Part shown: one piece after another, positions 26,710 through 36,700 of the stretch | Layout of the letters: each line of letters opens with the position of its first letter | Numbering within the stretch: position 1 is the stretch's first letter | Assembly (NCBI GenBank): GCA_947497195.1 | Contig: CANMGM010000002.1 | Span: forward strand, 1 to 38,768 | Reading direction: 5' to 3' | From: Bacteroidota bacterium | GTDB taxonomy: Bacteria > Bacteroidota > Bacteroidia > M30B66 | DNA: 38,768 bases | Notes under the pieces: model-generated | What the model was told of the DNA's origin: nothing | The model's database searches: none | Seen by the model: the letters and a program-made list of their open reading frames with translations, nothing else | Position numbers and translations under genes: made by a program

Positions 26710-26792
26710 TAATTCGCACGGAGATAGAACGGGGTTTCTGCAAACTCCAAATTAATGCAGTGCCGGAGAATGATTTTTTCGGTCTGTTCTAC

Positions 26793-28796
26793 TTATAAAG
26801 CCTCCAATTGTTTGTTCAAATCTTCTTCGCTGTTAACGGGCAAATTACAGCTGCCCTTTTCGCATAGGTAAAATGTGGGCGTGGAGCCGGCTATACGACC
26901 CGAAAAAAGTCCCCAATCTTGACTGTTCTCAGAACAAATCAACGAAATATTTGGCCGATAATTACGGAACTGTTTTTTTGCAAAATCATGGGCCCCCTTT
27001 CCAACCACAACAAGTTCTTTTGGATTATAGAGCATACCCATTGCAAGCATAATCCATTGTGATGCTCCTTGTCCGTAACCAATAACATCCCGACGAACAG
27101 CTTTCAACATGCGCGAAGCCGCATTCATCAACGATACATTACCACTTAATTTGGCTAACAATAGTGCATTCTCTGCCAATATAGAATTTGACGCGGGAAT
27201 AACGTTATCGGCGGTTTCGAGTTGTCGTACAACCATAACTTCCTCGCTCTCCCGGGTGAAATACAACAAACCTTCTCCTGCTTCGGGAAATAGTGAACAT
27301 GTTACTGTATGCAGTCGAATGGCCTTTTCAAAATCGGCCTTTTCAAAATCGGCGAGAAATAGCGAAATGTACGCCCTGGTGAGCCAAACATAATCTTCTA
27401 GAAATCCTTCAATGGATGCTTTCCCGTTTTTCCAGATGCGCTTCAAATTGTAGCCCGGCTCCATCATATTCATTTCTATAAATTCAACCGTCTTTCGAGC
27501 AAGGTCGAGGTATTCTTTTTCATTCAAAAACCGCGATGCATCCGCTAAAGCACTTGCTGTCATTGCGTTCCACGATAATATTATTTTATCGTCGGTGCCG
27601 GGGCGCTCTCTGTGATTGCGAGCCTTCAATAACTTCGTTTGAATATTTTTCATTTCAACGCTTGTGGCGGAAGTCTCCTTCGATATCAGAATATGAGCTC
27701 CGCCTTCCTCCCAGAAGCTTTCAGCGTCAAGACAATACCATTTTCTAAATTGGAACAATTCATCTTCGTTGAGCAGCTGCTGCAGTTCGTCTTCGGTCCA
27801 GAGATAAAATTTACCTTCTATTCCTTCGCTGTCAGCATCAAGCGCTGAATAATATCCACCCTGTCCGTTATGAAGTTCGTTTTGTAACCAGTTTATGGTT
27901 TGTTTACACACTTCGGCATAACGCTCATTGCCAAATGCTACCGAAGCCTCTGCGTAAAGCGAAATTAATTGAGCATTGTCGTATAGCATTTTTTCAAAAT
28001 GTGGCACTTTCCACCAGATATCGGTCGAATAGCGCGAAAAGCCACCAGCAATTTGATCGTAAATGCCACCTGATGCCATTTTATCGAGGCTCAGTTGTAC
28101 ATGATTTTTCACCGATGCATCGTTCGCGAGGAATCCATATCGAAGCAGGCAAACATAATTCGACGGCAATGGAAATTTTGGAGCACGGTTAGGCCCGCCA
28201 TATTCAGTGTCAAATTCGTTTTTCCATGCTGCGATTGAATCCTCAAGATCTTTTGGTGTAATTTCGTTAGAGTCGTTACTTATTTTAAACAATTCGGTCT
28301 GCCGAATTCCATTTGCCAATCGTTCGGCATAATCCAGAAGCTCCCCTTTATTTTCTTTATAAATCCTGGCAATCTCCAATAGAATTTGCTGCCACTTGTT
28401 TTTAGGGAAATAGGTTCCGCCATATACCGGACGGCCATCGGGCAATGCAATGCAGTTCAAAGGCCAGCCGCCTCTTTGTCCCATTAAATGAACTGCGCTC
28501 ATATAAAGTTGATCGATATCCGGTCGCTCTTCCCGATCTACTTTTATGCAAATAAAATGTGCATTCATGATTTCTGCTGTAGGGATGTCTTCGAAACACT
28601 CGCGTTCCATCACATGGCACCAGTGGCAGGCCGAATAGCCAATGCTAACCAGAATGAGTTTGTTTTCACTTTGTGCTTTTTGCAAAGCATCAGTGCTCCA
28701 TGGAAGCCAATCAACGGGATTGTAGGCGTGTTGTAATAAATATGGACTAGCCGCATGAATTAGCGCATTGGGTTTTCGGGTGGATGGTTGAAGCAT
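26793..28796 (-). CDS. Thioredoxin-domain protein of the YyaL / DUF255 family (N-terminal thioredoxin-like domain plus six-hairpin glycosidase-like domain)
   Basis: The N-terminus reads SPYLLQHAYNPVDWLPWSTDALQKAQSENKLILVSIGYSACHWCHVMERECFED. The length of 667 aa is typical of the family. Confidence 0.9.
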   Translation of the reverse strand: MLQPSTRKPNALIHAASPYLLQHAYNPVDWLPWSTDALQKAQSENKLILVSIGYSACHWCHVMERECFEDIPTAEIMNAHFICIKVDREERPDIDQLYMSAVHLMGQRGGWPLNCIALPDGRPVYGGTYFPKNKWQQILLEIARIYKENKGELLDYAERLANGIRQTELFKISNDSNEITPKDLEDSIAAWKNEFDTEYGGPNRAPKFPLPSNYVCLLRYGFLANDASVKNHVQLSLDKMASGGIYDQIAGGFSRYSTDIWWKVPHFEKMLYDNAQLISLYAEASVAFGNERYAEVCKQTINWLQNELHNGQGGYYSALDADSEGIEGKFYLWTEDELQQLLNEDELFQFRKWYCLDAESFWEEGGAHILISKETSATSVEMKNIQTKLLKARNHRERPGTDDKIILSWNAMTASALADASRFLNEKEYLDLARKTVEFIEMNMMEPGYNLKRIWKNGKASIEGFLEDYVWLTRAYISLFLADFEKADFEKAIRLHTVTCSLFPEAGEGLLYFTRESEEVMVVRQLETADNVIPASNSILAENALLLAKLSGNVSLMNAASRMLKAVRRDVIGYGQGASQWIMLAMGMLYNPKELVVVGKGAHDFAKKQFRNYRPNISLICSENSQDWGLFSGRIAGSTPTFYLCEKGSCNLPVNSEEDLNKQLEAL
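27321..27350. repeat. Perfect 15-bp tandem duplication (ggccttttcaaaatc x2) inside the YyaL-type CDS
   Basis: Read directly from the sequence. On the coding (minus) strand it encodes ADFEK-ADFEK in frame. Confidence 0.95.
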
Positions 28797-28868
28797 ACTG
28801 AGTGTTTTTCAGTTGGGCATGAGATGGGAAATGAATAAACGATAGTGTTTGATCAAAAAAGTATGGCC

Positions 28869-30281
28869 TTATAAAAAATCCTCTCCTTCCAAATTCACCT
28901 GAACCATTCCACTCCAAGTATTCGACTTCAATCCATACGGACTAATCATACTGAGGTGTACCGCCGATCGGGTTTTGGTTTCGCGGCGAAAGGTTTCGAG
29001 CTTTTCGGCTAGCTCGGCAGCATATTTTTTATCGAGAACAAAGGGTGCACTGCTGAATTTTATTTCGAAGAGATTGATGATTTTATCGCGGCGCTCAAAC
29101 AATAAATCGACCTGCAGTGGTTTTTGTCCGGCAGACCGCCAACTGGCAACCCGAATGTCGACGCCCGAAATTCCTAGTGCTTTTTTGATGTGCTCTGTAT
29201 GTTGAAGGCAAAGCAATTCGAACGCGTATCCCGACCAAGCTCGGTGTTGCGGGTGATCTAGTTGACTTAGCCATGTATTCGCCTGGCGTTGTTGTTTGTT
29301 TTCTATGAAATTAAAATGAAATAGGCTAAAGAAATCACATAGCTGATAAAGCGACTCTCTCGATTTTCGGCCAATTGGAGTGTATTTACGAATGAAATCG
29401 CTTTGTTCCAATTCTTCCAGCACGCGTGTTGTACCGCCGCCATTAGGCATTTTGCTTTGACGAATAAGCGCATCTCGTGTTAATCCAATTTTTCGACTTG
29501 CCAGCGCCCGGATTATGGCCACATGGGTGCGATATTTCTTAAAGAGCGATGCGTACAGATTGGTTAATTCGTGCCCGAGCAATGCATTATCTCCAAAGAG
29601 TAACGTATCGATTGCTTGGGCAGCGCTTTTGCCTCTGGGTAATAGACTCCAGTAATATGGAACACCCCCCAAAATCATATACACCTCCATGAGTTGGTGA
29701 AGATTCCATTCGATGCCGAGTTCTTTGGTTAACATCTTGCACTCGGCCAGTGTGAAAGGTTTCAGGTGCATGCGTTCGGTAACTCGATTGTGTAAACCGC
29801 CACGATTTTTTAGGATCTTACCAATCATCCACGAGGCGGCAGAGCCACATACTACCAACATAATGTCGGCACGAGCGGCCGCCCAGCTATTCCAAAAATG
29901 CTCAAAAGCAGGCAGGAATCCCGATCGTGGGCTGTCGAGCCATGGTAGTTCGTCGATAAATACAAGCTTTTTTCCAGCGGGCAGTTGCTCAAGGCCTTTC
30001 TGCAGGCGTTGGAATGCCTCAATCCAATTTTGAGGAGGAGAATGGGGCAGGAGTGATCCAAAACTTCGGTGAAGGCTGGTGTTGAAGTTAAGTAGTTGAG
30101 CATTCAGACCGGAATTTGCCAAAGCCGTATGGTGAAAAGACATGCGTTTGCTAAAGGTATGGCGTAACAAGAACGTTTTGCCAATGCGCCTGCGCCCATA
30201 CACCACCAAGAATTCAGAGCGGTTGCGGTTGAAAATTTCGTTGAGGCGTTTAGTCTCGTAAATACGACCTACAAACTCCAT
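28869..30281 (-). CDS. AAA+ ATPase of the archaeal-ATPase/DUF234 type with a PD-(D/E)xK-like C-terminal module
   Basis: The ATG at 30281 gives MEFVGRIYETKRL. Walker A is YGRRRIGKT (about 30174-30197) and Walker B is LVFIDELPWLD. The C-terminus reads QVDLLFERRDKIINLFEIKFS (about 29058-29111), a D...E-x-K pattern. Confidence 0.75.
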   Translation of the reverse strand: MEFVGRIYETKRLNEIFNRNRSEFLVVYGRRRIGKTFLLRHTFSKRMSFHHTALANSGLNAQLLNFNTSLHRSFGSLLPHSPPQNWIEAFQRLQKGLEQLPAGKKLVFIDELPWLDSPRSGFLPAFEHFWNSWAAARADIMLVVCGSAASWMIGKILKNRGGLHNRVTERMHLKPFTLAECKMLTKELGIEWNLHQLMEVYMILGGVPYYWSLLPRGKSAAQAIDTLLFGDNALLGHELTNLYASLFKKYRTHVAIIRALASRKIGLTRDALIRQSKMPNGGGTTRVLEELEQSDFIRKYTPIGRKSRESLYQLCDFFSLFHFNFIENKQQRQANTWLSQLDHPQHRAWSGYAFELLCLQHTEHIKKALGISGVDIRVASWRSAGQKPLQVDLLFERRDKIINLFEIKFSSAPFVLDKKYAAELAEKLETFRRETKTRSAVHLSMISPYGLKSNTWSGMVQVNLEGEDFL

Positions 30282-30312
30282 ATTGGCTACAAATATAAAA
30301 AACATATATATA

Positions 30313-30426
30313 TAGCCAAATATAAGATTAACAAATACATTAAATGATATATATAAACTTATATAGCAAATAATAAATTTATAAATGGCTATAACTACAT
30401 ATTAAATTTATATGTAGCGAAATATG
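30313..30426. repeat. Three direct repeats TATA(T/-)(A/G)TAGC(C/-/G)AAATA spaced exactly 51 bp apart in an AT-rich tract, plus a related half-site at 30285-30297
   Basis: The TAGC cores start at 30313, 30364 and 30415, read directly from the sequence. Short (AT)n runs lie at 30305-30314 and 30348-30355. Confidence 0.7.
30395..30417. repeat. Inverted repeat ctacatat-taaattt-atatgtag (8-bp arms, 7-nt spacer) overlapping the third direct repeat
   Basis: Read directly from the sequence; the arms are exact reverse complements. Confidence 0.9.
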
Positions 30427-30564
30427 GGCTACTGAAAAACACTCAATCGTTTTAATATCATAAACTTAGAGTCTTTCGGAGGATATGTCAGGCCACCTTC
30501 GCTTTATCGTTTTACATTTATGGCATTTCTGTCTTTTTCAGCAGGCTCGAATTATGAAATTATG

Positions 30565-30690
30565 TGATGAGCGCTCCGGCAGCGATTGCAGCGGATAGCT
30601 GCCCCAAGCGAAGCGGGGCACTAAAAGCGAAAAGCGCGGCGCCGTGCACAACGCTTGTTCTAAACTTAATAATCCATACGGCGGCCGGCC
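30565..30690. other. GC-rich island with 7 AGCG copies and competing stems; candidate small structured RNA or element remnant, strand unknown
   Basis: AGCG starts at 30570, 30581, 30590, 30607, 30612, 30626 and 30633. The stem ggcagc/gctgcc (30578-83 / 30598-603) overlaps the stem tgcccc/ggggca (30600-05 / 30615-20). A palindrome cggcgccg is also present. The flanking DNA is AT-rich, and neither overlapping ORF looks like a protein. Confidence 0.3.
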
Positions 30691-30728
30691 AAATAATAAA
30701 AAAGCCGGTGAACATACATCCACCGGCT
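30691..30728 (-). terminator. Rho-independent terminator of the giant adhesin gene, possibly bidirectional
   Basis: The minus strand reads agccggtg-gatgtatgtt-caccggct followed by TTTTTTATTATTT, starting 24 nt after the stop at 30752. Confidence 0.8.
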
Positions 30729-30751
30729 TATCATTACCATTTTAGTTTTAC

Positions 30752-33700
30752 TTAATCGGCTTTTGTGAATCGACTCGCCGTGCTAAATTTCTCGCCACGA
30801 ACGAGCAGTTGATACACTCCGGCATTGATGCCCGAAAGATCGATCTCGAGTTGAGTTTCTTTTGCCACTTGCGTGAACGAGCGCGACATCACAAGTCGGC
30901 CACTCATATCCAATACATCCATACGCAGGCTCTTTTCTGCCTCAGGAAGGTTTAGCTGTACCATCGCAAAATCTTCAGCCGGATTCGGGAAGATGCTGAA
31001 CACCTCGGCTTGCTGATTGGCAATGCTTGTTGTGGATGCACTCACCCGAATTTCGATGGTTTGAATGGCCATGCAAATGCTGTTGGATGCGATTAATGTT
31101 ACGGTGTAAACGCCCGGCTGGGTGTACAAGTGCAGCGGATTGGTGATGCCGCTTACGCTGCTTCCATCGCCAAAATTCCAAGTGTAATCGGTGGCTCCGT
31201 TTGCTATGGCAGTAAAGGCTATTGCCGATTGCGATGCGATAACGTCGGTTTCTGATGCATTTAATGTAGCGTTTACCGCCTGACCAGCAGCTACCTGCAA
31301 TGTTTGCTGGATGATGCTTCCGAAAGAATTGCTTAATTCAACATCGTAGTTGCCACCTGGCAAATTGTTAACTGCTGTGGTCCCGATGAAATCGTTGCCG
31401 TTTGCAACCACAGCTCCGTTTGCATTGCGCACGGTGTAGTTCCAAGGTGTTGCCGATGCGCTGCTCAACTGAATAGATCCGTCGTTTTGCGCGCAGCTTT
31501 CAGACGAAGTACTCATGAATACGCCTGGCATAAAGTGTAAACGGAAACGCGCTACATCTTCGGCACCAGCATAGTTAAAGTGGTACACCGGATTGTTTTG
31601 CAAGTTCTGGAACACGCCCAAACGGGTATCTTCGAGAACAATTTGTGCATGCTCGGGCAGGTTATCAACGTGCTTTAAGCGCAGGGTTTGTGGGCCTGCA
31701 ACATCAGCTTCGAGGCCAAGTTCAACAATACGATCGGTGTTGAGTTCGGGAATTGCCTGAATGGCCAAATCGTTTCCTGCTGCTTTGCTGTAAAGTGCAA
31801 TGTGTTCGTTTCCACGGAATTTCTTGGCATCGTATTGCACATCCATACCATCAGTAGCATCGCTGCGGAAGGCAATGAGCGTTTCGTTGTAATCGTTGGT
31901 CTCGGTAGTAACGCTAATCCACAAACGCTGCACAGCTTCGTCAACAAAGAATGCATTGTTTTGCGTTGTGCGCATTCCGTTGTTGAACTGAATTAAGCTG
32001 CTAGCAGTTGACTCAATAAAGAACGCCTGGCATGATGCGATATTACCCGTAAACGAGGTTCCGCTGTTGGGCCCCGAAACGATACCGAGGTTGTTCCATA
32101 CAGCATAATCTTGAGCTGCATAAGTGCTTCCTGATGATCCATCATCGTCCCAGAAGTAAAGTGCCAAACCTGTTATATTTGGATTTGCTGCCACAAAGGC
32201 AGAGGCCGAAATCGCACTTGGATATGGATTACCAATCAGATTGAACGATGTATGTGTTCCCAGTGTTGTTGGGCCAAACGACAAATTTCCGTTGTTGGCA
32301 AAGCCGTTGAAGTTAGCTGTACCGGTTCCGGTTGCGATATAACCGCGACCGTTTGTCATGGCTCCTGTTGCTAAGCTCCAACCCTGACGCAAGCCTTCAA
32401 CATCGTTTGCAGTTGCACCATTTGGATTGTAGAAATAGCGGTTACCGCCCAGCGCACTAACATTACCATTACTGATAGGCGATGACCAGAAATTGTAACT
32501 TGTTGTGGACGATTGTCCGGCACGCTGCACGATAATTCGACCCGATACATTTCCGCCGGCGCCTGTGGTTCCTGCACCGTGCATTAAGGATGCATTGTTT
32601 TTAAGGACGATTCCGTCTCCGGTGTTTAGATTAGCGCCTGTTGCAACAGAAAGAATTCCGCTAAAAGTAGTTGTGCCAGTATGCACAGCAGCAGATGAGG
32701 TAAAGCGTACGGTTCCCTGACCGCCAATGCTGGTATTAGCGCCGTTCCAGTTACCTGCTACGGTTAATGTAAATCCGGTTGGCACGGTTAGGCTGGTTCC
32801 GGCTGTGAAGGTAATATCGCGGCAAGAACCATTTCCTGCACTTAAGAATGTTGGCTGAAAGGTGCCCGGATTGATGGTTACATCGTCAGACAAGCCCGGA
32901 ACGAAGTTCGGTGTCCAGTTGGCTGCATTGTTCCAGTCTGAGCTCACTGTTCCGTTCCAGGTTAATCCACCTACATATTCCTCGGCAATCTGGAAAGCGC
33001 CAAAAGTAGTTAGGCCTGTTACCTGGATTGAAGTTGCGGTGCGTGTGCCAACAGTTGGTAATGTCCAGCTTCCGGCATAGCGACCTACTGAGAAGTTAGC
33101 GGTATTGCTGCCGCCATCAACATCGCTTGCATCGAAGGTAAAGGTTGCCGCTGCAGCTGTAAATCCGGTTACGCCTGTGTTGATAATGCTGTAGTAGCGG
33201 TTCACCGATTTGTTCGGATCGAGGGTTGAGGTTAACACGTTGGGGTGCTCACCGTTTGTTGTAGAAACGATAAGATTTCCTGCACCGTTGGTAATTCCGG
33301 TAAAGTTAATGCTTACTGGCGTGTAAACGCTGCCATCACCAATTTCGAATTGTTTTAGTGAGCTAGCAGAAGCGATACCTTTTTGCAGGTTACCATTGAT
33401 GTGCGATACCGCCGAACCGCCGCTCACAGTGGCAGCGTTGGCGAGATTTATTTGGTTTAATCCGGTGGTAATTACACCCGCACTAAGCGTTAATACAGTG
33501 CTAACGTTAATTGAGGTGTTCAAAGTTTTAATACCTGCACCATTTACGGTTAAGCGCGTAAACTGCGTAGCTCCGTTAATACTTTGTGCTGCACCGGTTA
33601 AGCTAAAGGTACCCGTACCGGCGGTAAAGCCGGCAATTCCCTGATTGTTATTGAAATTACCTTTTAGATTGATGTTTCGGTTAGTTCCATTGTTTAAGCT

Positions 33701-36700
33701 ACCCTGCGAAATGCTTAAGTTTCCGTTAATCAACAAATCGGTATTCGGCATATTCTTGGTTCCGGTTCCGGTAATCGACAGATTGTTATAGGTTGATTGA
33801 GCAGGTAGGGTAGCTGTTGAGGTTGATGTGTATTCAAATGTTCCTCCACCCGGTGCTACAAAGGCCGAGAAGTTACCGCCCGGGAAAATATAGGTATTGG
33901 TAGCGGTAGGACTCAGCATGATGGTTCCCGTTCCGTTAACCACGCTGAAATTGTGACCAATGCTGTTGAAGAGATTCAAGGTTCCGTTGATTTCTGCAAT
34001 GGGAGCCGTTTTGTTGTTGCTCATTACATTCATCGTGTGGCCTACTTTTACTACAAAGGTGTTTGAGTTGGGTGCCGAAACAGCTGCAGCTCCATTGTGC
34101 TGCAACAAAGGGTCGGTCGACCAGCTTGTTGGATCTTCGAAGTTGCCCGAATTAACACGGCTGTAGTAAACCAGTAATTGGTCGAACTCGGTTTGCTCAC
34201 CTGCGGTGAAATCGCCGTCGAAGTAATTTACTCCGGTCAAATTGATGGTATTTAATGATGAGTTTACGGCACCGGCAATTCCGAATTGTGGCGCCCAGGT
34301 GTTATTGAAGAAACGACCTCCACGGTATGCGGTTTCGAGACCATTTAAGGCATCGGCTTGAATGTACGTGTAGGTATGGTTAACCGTAGTTCCGGCACCA
34401 AAGCCGCTCGATTCTACGTTCCAGTAATATCCTAGTTCTTTATCGGTAGGATCGGTCGTAGCCGGATGTTTGCTATTAACGGTTTTCAAGATTACCGATC
34501 CAGCACTGTTGTTGGCTGTAATGTTAATACGTGCCGGCGTGTACTTCAGCGTTACCCCAATTGGGAAGGTGAAATCTTGAGCTGTTGCAGGAACAAGTTT
34601 ACGAATACCGCCATCGCTCAATACGCCATTGGTTCTAATCATGGTATTTTGCGAGAAGGTACCGGTTACGGTAGCTGCCTGACCAAGCGTTAATTGGTGG
34701 TTGTTGATGTAAAACAAGCCGGCTTGCAAATTCAGTGTTCCCATTACACTTATTGGCGCACGCAATTCAACACCTGCTAAGTTGTTGATGCGCAAAGAAC
34801 CAAAAACTCCGGTACTGCTGCTAAAAATATCCTGTGCAGTACTTCCTGCCATAATTAAATTACCCGCACCCGAAGTATTGATCGCAGTATTGTTCGTTAC
34901 ATTTCGGATAACCGTAGCTATGCTACCGTTAAGATTCAAATCGCCATTTAAAACATACAAATCAGTGTTTACCTGAATAGCCGAGTTTGTATTCAAGAGC
35001 CCCGAGGGCTGATTATTGTTAATTACAAGATTGGCGAAATTGGTAACGTTGCTGCCTACACCGATAATTGACTGGCTTGGGTTTACTCCGTTGAATGTAG
35101 TAATCTGGTTAGCCGAAATTACACGAAAGCCGCCCACATTCAATCCAACGGTAGTAATTGGGTTTTGGTTGGTTAATGTGCCACCAATGGTTACATCAAG
35201 GCTGTTAGCATCGAAAATTGAACTACCGAGTATGCTGAGGTTATTTCCAATGGTTAATGGGTTGGTGAACATGCGAAGTGTCTTCGGACTAACCGAGCCA
35301 TCAATGATCAGATTATTCAATACAGGAGAGGCATTCATTAAGAACACACTTTCTGTGCTTGGCGTAAATGCCGTTCCGATGATGATGTCGCCGCCGCCGA
35401 TGCTTGTTGCTGCGGGCTCTATGTAAATATCACCAAAGGTTAAACTCGCCAATCCACTGCGGTCAACGATGATTGCCGAATTGTCTTCCATTGTGAAGCT
35501 TGAACCTTCGTTTAGAATCTCAAACTTCGCACGCTGGTGATTCGTATTTAACGCGCCTGGATTTTTGCCGCGAACCAAAACGGTTGAAGTGCCTTTTTGC
35601 GTGTAGTTTAGCGACCCAAGTAGGTTAAGCACGCTGCGGCGAATTTGTCCGTTCACGTTAAGCATTGCATTGCCTTCGAGGTAAAGTACCGGAATTCCCG
35701 TTGAAGAATATTCCAAATCGTTGTGTGTATTGTTTACACTATTACCAACGTTCACTGTTCCATCCAGTATGCGCAACTCGCCAGCCACTACAAGATCAGA
35801 AGTATTCGAATTGGCCATGGCCACGTTTACTATCGCCGAAGGATGATTTACAACCAATGCAGAAGTTGAAGGAATAATGAAATTTACTCCAGGCTGGTCT
35901 GTGAGGGTTATTGTTGCCGCTTTCGATAAGCGGAAGGTTCCGTTTACAAGGTTCAACCAGTTGTTGGTAGGCGCAGCAAAAGTTCCGGCAACCGTTACAT
36001 CAAGTACCACACTATTCCCAACTCCTTTGTTTAGCGTAAGCTGATTGAGTGATGTTGTAGCCAATCCATTTGTGCCCGAAATGCTGCGGTTGAGGTTGCC
36101 AATAAAGTTAATGTTGGCTTTCGTAGCCTGATTGAATGCAATAGCACCATTGTTTACCAAATTACCGGTAAGGTTGATCGTATGCTGCGCTGTTCCGGCG
36201 TTTTCGGTGTCAAATGTACCCGCTGCGCCAACCGTGCAGTTACCTGCAATTTCTACTAATTGATTCGAACCGGCAGGAAACTGCAATGTGCCTTGCGAAA
36301 CTTCAAGGTTCCCAGCAATGCTTAATGTGCGTGCCGCAGCACCATTTAATTTAGCAATACCGCCTACTGCGCCGCTCACCGTTAAATTCTCAAACAAATC
36401 GAGGTTCGCATTAGGCATCGAAATGCTTCTTCCAGCTCCCGGTGTCAGAATCAAGTTACGGTAGCTTGGAATGTTCATATTGGTAGGTGCCGCCGTAACA
36501 GTAGGCAAGGTAAAGTCTGATGAAGTTGAGCTGTACTGAGCTGTTCCGCCCTCGGCTGTAAAGAAGATACCGAAGTCGCCGCCCGGGAATTCGGCCGTTG
36601 AGCCGCTGGCCGAGATTTGGATTTTACCCGCACCGCCTGCCGTTGCAAACGGAAGTGCACCAAAGTTATGGCCAGTGGTTGTACCTAGATTTAATGTTGA

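Noticed and set aside
30284-30430. Possible CRISPR array or minisatellite in the AT-rich spacer
   Set aside because: The repeats are only ~18 bp, imperfect and few (3 to 4), with a 51-bp period. There are no cas genes, so this is not CRISPR-like. I reported it as phased direct repeats instead.
30541-30700. tRNA, SRP RNA or another known small RNA in the GC-rich island
   Set aside because: I could find no GTTCGAAT-type T-loop with a flanking stem, no acceptor or anticodon arrangement, and no SRP domain IV-like motif on either strand. The region remains an unclassified candidate only.
30538-30755. Two overlapping small ORFs (30564-30755 +, 63 aa; 30538-30723 -, 61 aa) across the GC-rich island
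   Set aside because: Both run through the terminator hairpin, and the + one runs into the end of the adhesin gene. Their composition is a by-product of the GC-rich AGCG repeats, and neither has a credible start context. I treat the region as non-coding.
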